The notes beneath the pieces are model-generated. The model made no database searches. It was not told the origin of the DNA and saw only the letters and a list, made by a program, of their open reading frames with translations. Of a DNA stretch of 20,000 nt, positions 1-8,860 are shown in pieces. Both the position numbers and the translations under genes were made by a program. The stretch lies in the IMG/VR virus record IMGVR_UViG_3300047381_001220; one strand, 5' to 3'. Every line of letters begins with the position of its first letter. Position 1 is the first letter of the stretch. This DNA is from an uncultured virus (IMG/VR IMGVR_UViG_3300047381_001220). Its lineage: Duplodnaviria; Heunggongvirae; Uroviricota; Caudoviricetes.

Positions 1-1
1 A

Positions 2-3000
2 CACGTCCTTATCGAAACAACTAAAAATACCGGTAGTACAGAGGCAATTTTGCACTTAAAAACCCCAACAAGTCTTTATGGTTTGTATGCAAATGATGGA
101 ACTGATCAGTTTGGAATTGCTAATTATAGAAGTGGTGCTGAATCAAAGTATCCAATGAAGATAAACGGAAATGGTAATGTAACATTTGATGGTGTTGTTA
201 GTGCTAAAGGATTTTCTATAAACGGAAAAGATCTTACAGGTGCTGACTTAAGAGGTCCAGAAGGACCCGCAGGACCTGCTGGTAAAGACGGAACGAATGG
301 AACAGATGGTGCAGTAGGTAGTTCAAATGCACATCTCGGTCTAATTATGGATAGTACCATTACTTTGAATGATTCAGAAAATCAAGTATTCAAAAAGACT
401 GGATCAAACGGATGGAACGCATCAGTTCGTTCTTCTATTGGATACAACTCTGGATGCTCTCTGAGTTTTACTGCTAATATCAACAATAGAGCAGGAATGA
501 TTGGTATCAATACTGATCCAACAACAAACAATAATTACAACACAATTGATTTTGCATGGTATATGACTGGTAGTGGAGCCGCATACATTTATGAAAATGG
601 TAAAAGCAAAGGATCATTTGGTGCATTTTCAGTGGGAAATATTTTTGTAATTACATACGATAATAATACTGTAAGATATTATTTGAATGGAACACTAAAA
701 CGTTCAGTTACCGTGGGAGCAGGAAAAACTTATTATTTAGATTCAAGTTTTCATACTGTAGATTCTCGTCCATACACAAGAACTCTTTCTTTTCATCCTA
801 TGGGTGCAGTCGGCACAAAGGGTGATAAAGGTGACAAAGGTAACACGGGAGAACGAGGAATTCAAGGTGTAGCAGGACCTTCTGGACCGGTTGGTATCCA
901 AGGACCATCAGGACCAAGTGGACAACCTGTTTCAGTAACATCTCCAGTTAGTCGTTGGGATGCGTCCTCATGGTCAACTGGTGGAACATTACAAGCAATT
1001 ATTGGTAGTAAACCAATTTATCTTGGTGGAGAAGATACCGATTTCGGTAAAGATTCTACAATTGTTTTAGACGGATCACGTGGTAAAGTATTTAACTTTC
1101 CAGCAAGAGGTAATCGTAGAAGTGGTGGAAATTATGTCCAAGCAGGTGATATACACGATAATATATTCATGTCAGGAAATTTCAGTATTTCATTTTGGGT
1201 ATATGTCAGAGACTATAAAACAACCACAGGAAATTCTACCCATTTAAAAAATAATCCAGGAACCATTATGTCAAAGTGGTGGACACAGAACAGAAACGGA
1301 ACAAACAATTCGTTTATTATTTATTCAACTGGTCAGTTTTATAGTGCATATTCACATAGTCATACATTTGTTAATACAAGTGATTATCCAAAACTTAATA
1401 ATTGGACGCACTTTACATATGTTCTTAACAAAGGTCAGTTGACCGTTTATCGCAATGGTAAATCAATTCCATTGAAATGGAACTTGAATCCAGGTGCGGC
1501 TAACAAAACTGTTAGACACTTATTTAATAATGTATCAGGAAGTTATCCACTTGAAGTTGGTTCTATTCGTAAAAATGGTGCATACTCTCTTGACGGAATG
1601 GTTGATGATATTCGTATTTTTGACGAACCGTTGACTGCCGGTGAAGCATGGTTTACTTACAATGGTGTAGGTGGTGGTGGTCTCGTTGGACCACAAGGAC
1701 CACAGGGACCTAAAGGATCAACTGGATCAACAGGATCAAGAGGTCAAACGGGACCAGCAGGACCAAGAGGTGTTGCGGGACCACGAGGACCACAAGGTAT
1801 CCCAGGACCATCTGGACCTAAAGGAACAACAGGTGCGGCCGGTGCAAAAGGTGCTGACGGAATTAGTTCAACTCAGAATTATGCGTCAAATAAACGTTGG
1901 GAAATTGCAAAAAATAAAGGTTCTTTTGCAGACGAAGGCACAGGTGGTGCATTTACTGTAAATGGTTCAGCTTCTGAGAATTATATTGATTGGGAAATTG
2001 GTCCATTTGGTCGCAGAACAAAAGTTTGGAAAGCAAGAAACAATGATACTGCTTCCAACGCAGATGGTGGGTGGAATAAAACTATCACTAATCTTAAAAA
2101 GAACGCCGCATATATGTCAGTTGTTTATGTTCGTCGTACAAGTAGTAATACAAGTGGACTATTTTATCATGGATGTGCTCAAGGTACGCATACAAAGAAT
2201 CTTAGTGGTTCAACAAATAGTAATCCTTATTTTAAATATTTCAACATTTCAACTCTTCCATTAAACGTATGGTGCTTGTCTGTTGGATATATTCATGCAA
2301 ACAATGATCCTGATAAATCTTCATATGGAGGTGGTTTGTATAGAATTGATAATGGTAAGAAACTTGTATCATATACTGACTATAAAATGGGAACCAGTGG
2401 TGTACAAAACCATCGTACGTATTTGTATTACTCTACAAGTCCTGCGGCTGCTCTTGATTGGACATTGCCTGGATTCTATGAAGTATGTAGTGATTCACCA
2501 ACTTTAGGACAACTTCTTGGTGGAGGTGGAGTATTAGGTGGAGGAGAAAAAGGACCACAAGGACCTGCTGGATCAAGAGGACCTGCGGGACCTGCTGGAC
2601 CAATGCCTAATATCGGTGAACTTCAAAGTCACCAATTTGGTGTTCTTAAAACAAATCGTTTAGACATGAGTGGTGATATTGAAATGGATAGAAATGGTCA
2701 AACTTCTCGTATGATCAAATTTAATAGTTCCTGTAATATATATTCAAGTTCCTCAAATAATATGCACTATCGTTCTGCTGGTGGTAAGCACCACTTTACA
2801 AACGGAAGCAATGGTGCAGGAACAATTGTTGTTGATAGATTAGAAGCAAATAAACTTGATTTATCTGCAATTTCATTCAGTGGAAGTACAAGTACATTCA
2901 AGGGAACATCAAATTGGTCAAATGTTACTATTGACGGAATGGGTGCAAAAGCATGGAGAGGTAATGGTTTTTATGTTCATCGTGCTGATAACAAAATGTA

Positions 3001-4153
3001 TGCAGCTTGGGTAATGGATGTAAATGGTGCAACACGATTTGGTATTCATGCTCACTCTGGTGCAGGAGTATACAAAGATTGGAAAAAATATATTTTCGAT
3101 AATCGTTTGATGATTGATACAAATCGAAGTTCTGTCACTGGATTGCACTCAACAATTCGCACACATCAAGAAAGCACCAATTCGCATCCTAATTCATTGC
3201 ATATTCTTGCGAACCACGGAGATTTGCTTCTTGAAGCAAATAACATTCGTAAAGGTACAAATCAGAATGCAACTGTAGGTGGTCATGGAAGTGTGATATT
3301 CAGAGCACACGGAATTCCTGTGATAGGTCATGTTGTAGATACAACGAATAGTAATTCTACTATTTACAAAAGACAACGTGGTGATTATGTTTATGGTGGA
3401 ACGACTGGTGCGAATGCGTACAATCGTTACCGTCAAAAACACTTCCAAGGAAATGCACGTTCCGGTGTAAGTATAAAACTTATTGGAGGTGCGTTGATTC
3501 CAACATACGGAGTTGTTGACCTTGGTGCTCCAGTTCATGCTCATCGTTTTGATACATTGTGGTGTCGTAATGCTCCTGATGTTTATTCTGATAAACGAGC
3601 AAAAACAAAAATTGAAACAAGTGATCTCGGACTTGACTTCATTAATAAATTGAAACCTGTAAGTTACAAATATAAGGATGTTAAAATTCTTACTGATAAA
3701 CTTAAAAATCTTGATGGAGACGAAGAAAACGAAGATAGAGAAAAAGATGAATTGGAAATTACCAAAGAGACTCACGGAAGAACTCACTACGGAATGATTG
3801 CACAAGATGTTGAAGAAGTTCTTAAAGGAAAGGACTTTGGTGGTTTTGTTGATCCAAATTATGCATTGGATGATGAAGACGAGGGTAAAGGTGAACTTCA
3901 CATGAGTCTTCGTTACGAAGAGTTCATTTCACCTATGATCAAAGCAATTCAAGAAGTTGATGACAAAATTGAAGACCTTGAGAAGTACAAAAAATTCAGT
4001 GCAGGACGTGTTTCTAAATTAGAGTCTAAGCACGAAACTCGTAACAAAAATTCTAATAAGGAAATCAAAGAGATTAAGGATTCTCAGAAGAAGATATTAG
4101 ATGCTATAAGTGAAATTACAAAAAGGTTAGACAACATAGAAAAGTCTAAGTAA
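2..4153 (+). CDS. Tail fibre / receptor-binding protein, 5'-truncated: collagen Gly-X-Y segments, SPRY-like and LamG/ConA-like domains, C-terminal peptidase S74 intramolecular chaperone
   Basis: Frame is open from position 2 (HVLIETTK...), so TTG at 50 is probably not the real start. Four Gly-X-Y runs (~255-320, ~803-925, ~1688-1860, ~2543-2600). LamG-like motifs NFSISFWVY, WTHFTYV, LTVYRNG, GMVDDIRIFDEPLT. S74 signature YSDKRAKTKI...GLDFINKLKPVSYKY...HYGMIAQDVEEV...LRYEEFISPMIKAIQE. Confidence 0.9.
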   Translation, partial: HVLIETTKNTGSTEAILHLKTPTSLYGLYANDGTDQFGIANYRSGAESKYPMKINGNGNVTFDGVVSAKGFSINGKDLTGADLRGPEGPAGPAGKDGTNGTDGAVGSSNAHLGLIMDSTITLNDSENQVFKKTGSNGWNASVRSSIGYNSGCSLSFTANINNRAGMIGINTDPTTNNNYNTIDFAWYMTGSGAAYIYENGKSKGSFGAFSVGNIFVITYDNNTVRYYLNGTLKRSVTVGAGKTYYLDSSFHTVDSRPYTRTLSFHPMGAVGTKGDKGDKGNTGERGIQGVAGPSGPVGIQGPSGPSGQPVSVTSPVSRWDASSWSTGGTLQAIIGSKPIYLGGEDTDFGKDSTIVLDGSRGKVFNFPARGNRRSGGNYVQAGDIHDNIFMSGNFSISFWVYVRDYKTTTGNSTHLKNNPGTIMSKWWTQNRNGTNNSFIIYSTGQFYSAYSHSHTFVNTSDYPKLNNWTHFTYVLNKGQLTVYRNGKSIPLKWNLNPGAANKTVRHLFNNVSGSYPLEVGSIRKNGAYSLDGMVDDIRIFDEPLTAGEAWFTYNGVGGGGLVGPQGPQGPKGSTGSTGSRGQTGPAGPRGVAGPRGPQGIPGPSGPKGTTGAAGAKGADGISSTQNYASNKRWEIAKNKGSFADEGTGGAFTVNGSASENYIDWEIGPFGRRTKVWKARNNDTASNADGGWNKTITNLKKNAAYMSVVYVRRTSSNTSGLFYHGCAQGTHTKNLSGSTNSNPYFKYFNISTLPLNVWCLSVGYIHANNDPDKSSYGGGLYRIDNGKKLVSYTDYKMGTSGVQNHRTYLYYSTSPAAALDWTLPGFYEVCSDSPTLGQLLGGGGVLGGGEKGPQGPAGSRGPAGPAGPMPNIGELQSHQFGVLKTNRLDMSGDIEMDRNGQTSRMIKFNSSCNIYSSSSNNMHYRSAGGKHHFTNGSNGAGTIVVDRLEANKLDLSAISFSGSTSTFKGTSNWSNVTIDGMGAKAWRGNGFYVHRADNKMYAAWVMDVNGATRFGIHAHSGAGVYKDWKKYIFDNRLMIDTNRSSVTGLHSTIRTHQESTNSHPNSLHILANHGDLLLEANNIRKGTNQNATVGGHGSVIFRAHGIPVIGHVVDTTNSNSTIYKRQRGDYVYGGTTGANAYNRYRQKHFQGNARSGVSIKLIGGALIPTYGVVDLGAPVHAHRFDTLWCRNAPDVYSDKRAKTKIETSDLGLDFINKLKPVSYKYKDVKILTDKLKNLDGDEENEDREKDELEITKETHGRTHYGMIAQDVEEVLKGKDFGGFVDPNYALDDEDEGKGELHMSLRYEEFISPMIKAIQEVDDKIEDLEKYKKFSAGRVSKLESKHETRNKNSNKEIKEIKDSQKKILDAISEITKRLDNIEKSK

Positions 4154-4166
4154 TAGATTAAAGTTT

Positions 4167-4200
4167 GGGGTGGGGAACTTAAAAATCCCCACCCCTTTTT
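4167..4200 (+). terminator. Rho-independent terminator after tail fibre gene
   Basis: GGGGTGGGGA (4167-4176) / TCCCCACCCC (4186-4195) perfect 10-bp stem, 9-nt loop, followed by TTTTT. Confidence 0.88.
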
Positions 4201-4215
4201 ATAAAGAGAACAAAA

Positions 4216-5451
4216 ATGGAATACGAAACAAAACTTCCCGAATACAATAAAAACGAAGAACTCGGATCACTTAGTCAAAGAATTGATTGGGGATTAAGAC
4301 AACTTAATGTTCCTTCTACTTGGAGTGTAACTAAAGGTGAAGGAATTACTGCAATGGTAATTGACACAGGGCATCCTGTGCATCCTGATATAGGAGATAA
4401 TGCAATTAAAGGAAAGAACTGCATTTCTGGTGAACCAATAGAAGATGAAAATGGACACCAACTTCATTGCACAGGTATTATTAATGCAAAAGACAATCAA
4501 ACTGGTATGGTAGGAGTTGCACCTGAAGCAAAATGTATTTCAGTAAAAGCATTAGCAAAAAACGGAAGTGGAACTTATTACGGATTAGCAGAAGCATTAG
4601 ATTATGCAATTGAAATGAAACCTGATGTAGTAAGCATGAGTTTAGGAGGACCTGCTCCGTCATCAGTTTTGCACGACAGAATCAAAACATTATATGAAAT
4701 GAATATACCTGTTGTGTGTGCGGCTGGAAACTCAGGAGACGGAGGAGTTAATTATCCGGCTGCATTTGACGAAACAATTGCAGTTGCGGCTTATGATCGT
4801 TGGGGAAAAATTGCTAACTTTTCTTCTAAAGGAGAAAAAGTAGAATGGGCTGCACCTGGTGTAAACATTTATAGTACCTTTCTTAACAACGGATATGCAA
4901 GTTTAAGTGGAACATCAATGGCTTGTCCATTTATTACAGGTGTTATTTGTTTGATGCTTGCAAAACATAAAAAACAAGAAGCAGAAACAGGTAAGAATGA
5001 TTGCAAAACGGTTGCACAAATACGTGAGCATTTATTAAAATACACAAAAGATAAAGGTGAAGTAGGAAAAGACAACTCTTGGGGATATGGTGTAATAGAT
5101 GTGGAAAAGATGATTAAAGACGGAGAGGAAGTATCAGAACCTACTCCAACACCAACAAATACTGCAACTAATACACCCACCAAAACACCAACACCTACTA
5201 ATACCAAAACTCCAACCAAAACTCATACCAAAACACAAACTCCGACAAATACTCCTGATAAAGTAAAACCAAAACCAAAAAAGAATAAACTACCTTTGAT
5301 TATTGGTGGAGTAGTTGTGGTGATTGGGATTATTGGAGCAGTAATTTATTTTGCGACAAAACAAGATGAAGTAATTATTCCGAATCCTCCATATATAAAT
5401 GAACATGGAGAAATTGATTGGGATAAAAAATATGAACAGGAAATAAAATAA
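4216..5451 (+). CDS. Subtilisin-like S8 serine peptidase with Pro/Thr linker and C-terminal transmembrane helix
   Basis: Catalytic motifs VIDTG (Asp), DENGHQLH (His), AAGNSG (oxyanion Asn), GTSMACP (Ser), plus WGYG. Followed by PTPTPTNT... linker and hydrophobic LPLIIGGVVVVIGIIGAVIYFA. Confidence 0.93.
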   Translation: MEYETKLPEYNKNEELGSLSQRIDWGLRQLNVPSTWSVTKGEGITAMVIDTGHPVHPDIGDNAIKGKNCISGEPIEDENGHQLHCTGIINAKDNQTGMVGVAPEAKCISVKALAKNGSGTYYGLAEALDYAIEMKPDVVSMSLGGPAPSSVLHDRIKTLYEMNIPVVCAAGNSGDGGVNYPAAFDETIAVAAYDRWGKIANFSSKGEKVEWAAPGVNIYSTFLNNGYASLSGTSMACPFITGVICLMLAKHKKQEAETGKNDCKTVAQIREHLLKYTKDKGEVGKDNSWGYGVIDVEKMIKDGEEVSEPTPTPTNTATNTPTKTPTPTNTKTPTKTHTKTQTPTNTPDKVKPKPKKNKLPLIIGGVVVVIGIIGAVIYFATKQDEVIIPNPPYINEHGEIDWDKKYEQEIK

Positions 5452-6047
5452 TGGCAGAGGACATCAACAAACGAGTAGAAGCATTTGAGGCCGCACTTGA
5501 TTTACTTGAACAACAAGTAGATTGGCAAAAAGATCATTTTCAAGAATTGTTTGAAGCAGATGAAAAGAAAAATACCGAAATTCATATTAAGTATGCAGAA
5601 TTATCATCAGTTGTTGAACTAATCAAAGAACAATTAAAGTGGCAAAAAGACTTTGTAAATAATTTTGTAAGACAAGATACTTCTCTTGATAAAAAAATGG
5701 CAGACCGTGTAAATGAAATGTCACGATTAGTAGGATTAATGGCAGACAAACTTGATTTACAAAAAGATAAATTAGATTCATATATAAAAACTGGTGCGAC
5801 TAAAAACAATAGCATGACGGATCGTTTGGGTGGTTTAAAAGACGACATTACGAAATTAAAGTCTGTAAAAGATATTGATGCAAAAAGAGAAATTAACGAT
5901 GTAAAAGGTTCAGTTCGTAAAATGAAAAATGTAAATAAATTTCATGGTGATTACATAAAAAAACTTGAACGTAAAATAGAAAATAAACAAAACGCAATTA
6001 AAAAACGATTTAAGCAAATAGAGAATAAAATAGATGAATCAAACTAA
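5451..6047 (+). CDS. Coiled-coil protein with 39-residue repeats, unknown function
   Basis: TAATG overlap with upstream stop; helical and charged; (W/L)QKD at residues 25, 64 and 103. Confidence 0.8.
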   Translation: MAEDINKRVEAFEAALDLLEQQVDWQKDHFQELFEADEKKNTEIHIKYAELSSVVELIKEQLKWQKDFVNNFVRQDTSLDKKMADRVNEMSRLVGLMADKLDLQKDKLDSYIKTGATKNNSMTDRLGGLKDDITKLKSVKDIDAKREINDVKGSVRKMKNVNKFHGDYIKKLERKIENKQNAIKKRFKQIENKIDESN

Positions 6048-6612
6048 CAAATTTATATCAACTGATTATTTAAATCAATCTGCGTTTGAAGCAAAGTATA
6101 ATAGAAAAGCATATGCTTTTTGGTTGGTTGGTAATAGTGGAAGTGGAAAAAGCACTCTTGCAAAAGAAGTAGAAAAAAAACTTTTTGATGTCAATATTAA
6201 GGTAAAATGTTTAGACGGAGATAATATGAGAAACACTATCAATTCAGATTTAGATTTATCAATTGAATCTAGAAATGAAAATATAAGAAGAAGTGCGGAA
6301 ATTTCCAAAATGTTTTTAGAAACTGGCATTAGTACATTAAATTGTTTTATTTCACCACTTGAAATATATCGTGAGCAAGCAAAGAAAATAATTGGAAATC
6401 GTTTTCGTTTAATTTATATAAAAGCATCTAATGATGAAGTAAAAAAACGAGATGTTAAAGGATTTTACAAAAATGATGCAGATGCAATGAATAAGTCACT
6501 TAATATGTTTGAAAAACCAATTAATCCAGACTTGATAATTGATACCACAAATAAATCAATAAAATATTCCGCAAACATTTTGTATAATTTTGTATTAAAT
6601 CAACCAATCTAA
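6034..6612 (+). CDS. cysC: Adenylyl-sulfate (APS) kinase-like protein, divergent
   Basis: P-loop WLVGNSGSGKSTLA, LDGDNMR, RNENIRR, FISP, RDVKGFY, FEKPINPDLIIDT; adjacent to cysD/cysN. Confidence 0.88.
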   Translation: MNQTNKFISTDYLNQSAFEAKYNRKAYAFWLVGNSGSGKSTLAKEVEKKLFDVNIKVKCLDGDNMRNTINSDLDLSIESRNENIRRSAEISKMFLETGISTLNCFISPLEIYREQAKKIIGNRFRLIYIKASNDEVKKRDVKGFYKNDADAMNKSLNMFEKPINPDLIIDTTNKSIKYSANILYNFVLNQPI

Positions 6613-6627
6613 ATATTTATAAATGAG

Positions 6628-7533
6628 ATGAAAAAATGTAACTTAACACACCTAGAGGAACTTGAAGCAGAAAGCATTCATGTATTAAGAGAAACGGCTG
6701 CTCAGTTTTCAAGTTCAACATTGCTTTTTAGTGGTGGTAAAGATAGTTTAGTCTGTCTTCACCTAATTGCAAAAGCATTTTATCCTGCCAACTCACCCTT
6801 TGTTGCTCTGCACGTTGATACAGGTCACAATTTTCCGGAGGTAATGGAATTTCGTGACAAAGTGTTAAAGCAATACAATATGAAGTTATTTGATCGCAAA
6901 GTAGAAGATGCGATTAAAGAGGGACTTGTTCATGATGAAACTGGTGTTGGGGCAACACGCAATGAACTTCAAATACCTGTGCTTCTTGATGCAATTGAAC
7001 ATCATAAATTTGATGTTTGTATTGGTGGAGCAAGACGTGACGAAGAAAAAGCAAGAGCAAAAGAACGTTTCTTTTCTCATCGTGATGATTTCGGTCAATG
7101 GGACCCAAAAAATCAACGACCAGAAATTTGGGATTTATACAACGGAAAGAAAAACCAAGGAGAGCATTTCCGAGTGTTTCCAATAAGTAATTGGACAGAA
7201 CTTGATGTTTGGACTTATTTAAAAATGGAAAACATTCCCTTGCCATCACTTTACTTTTCACATAAAAGAAAATGTTATCAACGTGACGGAGTTTGGTATG
7301 GTCACGCAGATTATGTGCAGTTAAAGGAAGGTGAACGTTTAAAAGAAAAAGTAGTTCGTTTTCGTTCAATCGGAGATGTTACTTGCACAGGTGCTTGTGA
7401 AAGTAAAGCAGATAACATTGATGATATTATTGCGGAAGTAGCAAGTGCTACTACAACAGAAAGAGGAACAAGAGGAGACGATAAGAAATCTGAAACAAGT
7501 ATGGAAGACCGCAAGCAACAAGGATATTTCTAA
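6628..7533 (+). CDS. cysD: Sulfate adenylyltransferase subunit 2
   Basis: HLEELEAESIHVLRE, PP-loop SGGKDS, HVDTGHNF, GGARRDEEKARAKER, RVFPISNWTELDVW, C-terminal SMEDRKQQGYF; 301 aa. Confidence 0.97.
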   Translation: MKKCNLTHLEELEAESIHVLRETAAQFSSSTLLFSGGKDSLVCLHLIAKAFYPANSPFVALHVDTGHNFPEVMEFRDKVLKQYNMKLFDRKVEDAIKEGLVHDETGVGATRNELQIPVLLDAIEHHKFDVCIGGARRDEEKARAKERFFSHRDDFGQWDPKNQRPEIWDLYNGKKNQGEHFRVFPISNWTELDVWTYLKMENIPLPSLYFSHKRKCYQRDGVWYGHADYVQLKEGERLKEKVVRFRSIGDVTCTGACESKADNIDDIIAEVASATTTERGTRGDDKKSETSMEDRKQQGYF

Positions 7534-7534
7534 A

Positions 7535-8860
7535 ATGGGTGATAATAAAAATAATAAAAAGAAGTCTGATAAAACAAAATCAGATAATAAACCAAACGTA
7601 AATAAATTACAGAATAATGAACTTCTTCGTCTTTCTACTGCTGGTAGTGTAGATGATGGTAAAAGCACTTTAATTGGTCGTTTGCTTTATGATACAAAAA
7701 GTGTTATGAAAGATCAATACGAAGCAGTTCGTGCTACAAGTAAAAAGAAAGGTGAAGATGATGTAAATCTTGCGTATCTTACAGATGGTCTTAAAAGTGA
7801 ACGTGAACAAGGAATTACAATTGATGTAGCATATCGTTATTTTAATACTGCAAATCGTAAGTTCATTATTTCAGATACACCTGGTCATGTTCAATATACT
7901 CGTAACATGGTAACGGGTGCAAGTAAAAGTAATGTCGCAATTATTTTAGTGGATGCACGAAACGGAATTTCAGAACAAACACGAAGACATTCGTTTATTG
8001 CAAGTTTATTGAAAATACCTCATGTTATTTATGCAGTAAATAAAATGGACTTGATAGATTATGATCAAGAAAAGTTTAATAAAATAAAACAAGATTTAAA
8101 GAAATTTAGTGCAAAACTTCGTTGCAATGATATTCGTTTTATTCCTATATCAGCATTGAAAGGTGATAATGTTACAACCAAATCACAAAAAACAAAATGG
8201 TACAAAGGTGGTCATTTGCTTGGTATGCTTGAAAACATTGAAATCTTCTCAGACAACAATTTAGTGGACGCACGATTTGATATTCAAACTGTGATTCGTC
8301 CTCATAGTGATGAATGGCATGACTTTCGTGGATATGCAGGTAAAATCATAAGTGGTCGTTTTGAGAAAGGACAAAAAGTTCAAGTGCTTCCTAGTGGATT
8401 TGAAACTCGTATCAAAGATATGCGTGTATATAAAGATTTAGTGGATGAAGCCTGCACTCCTGCAAGTATTGTAATGCAACTTGAAGATGATATAGATGCA
8501 GGACGAGGTGATATGATTGCACGGATTGATAATCTACCAAAGGTATCTCAGAAATTTGATGCAATGATTTGTTGGATGTCTGACGATGTTATGCTTCCTC
8601 GTAAAAAATATTTACTTAAACACGGAAGTAACGAAGTAACTGCAATGATTACAAAAAAAGTTTATACATTAGATGTCAATACTTTCAGTAAAGCAGAAGA
8701 TCAAAGTTTGCAAATCGGTCTGAATGACATAGCAAGAATAAGTATTAAAACAAGTAAACCATTAAACTTTGATGACTTTGAAAGCAATCGTGCGAATGGA
8801 AGTTTCATTTTAATTGATACACAAACAAATGAAACGATTGCGGCCGGAATGATTAAGTGA
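7535..8860 (+). CDS. cysN: Sulfate adenylyltransferase subunit 1 (GTPase), no fused kinase domain
   Basis: GSVDDGKSTLIGRLLYD, EREQGITIDVAYRYF, DTPGHVQYTRNMVTGAS, NKMD, ISALKGDNV, GSFILID. Start reassigned to ATG 7535, one base after the cysD stop. Confidence 0.96.
   Translation: MGDNKNNKKKSDKTKSDNKPNVNKLQNNELLRLSTAGSVDDGKSTLIGRLLYDTKSVMKDQYEAVRATSKKKGEDDVNLAYLTDGLKSEREQGITIDVAYRYFNTANRKFIISDTPGHVQYTRNMVTGASKSNVAIILVDARNGISEQTRRHSFIASLLKIPHVIYAVNKMDLIDYDQEKFNKIKQDLKKFSAKLRCNDIRFIPISALKGDNVTTKSQKTKWYKGGHLLGMLENIEIFSDNNLVDARFDIQTVIRPHSDEWHDFRGYAGKIISGRFEKGQKVQVLPSGFETRIKDMRVYKDLVDEACTPASIVMQLEDDIDAGRGDMIARIDNLPKVSQKFDAMICWMSDDVMLPRKKYLLKHGSNEVTAMITKKVYTLDVNTFSKAEDQSLQIGLNDIARISIKTSKPLNFDDFESNRANGSFILIDTQTNETIAAGMIK

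Noticed and set aside
1688..1860. Short GGACCA/GGATCA-type DNA repeats resembling a repeat array
   Set aside because: Explained by Gly-Pro codons of collagen; no constant repeat with unique spacers, so not CRISPR. No DGR-like TR/VR pair or reverse transcriptase was noticed either.
5281..5360. Subtilase TM containing GG as a GlyGly-CTERM/rhombosortase substrate of the nearby rhomboid
   Set aside because: Basic residues precede rather than follow the helix, ~30 aa follow it, and there is no signal peptide; topology does not fit.
7445..7534. ORF-track start of cysN at 7445
   Set aside because: Would overlap cysD by 89 nt; ATG 7535 directly after the cysD stop is more plausible.
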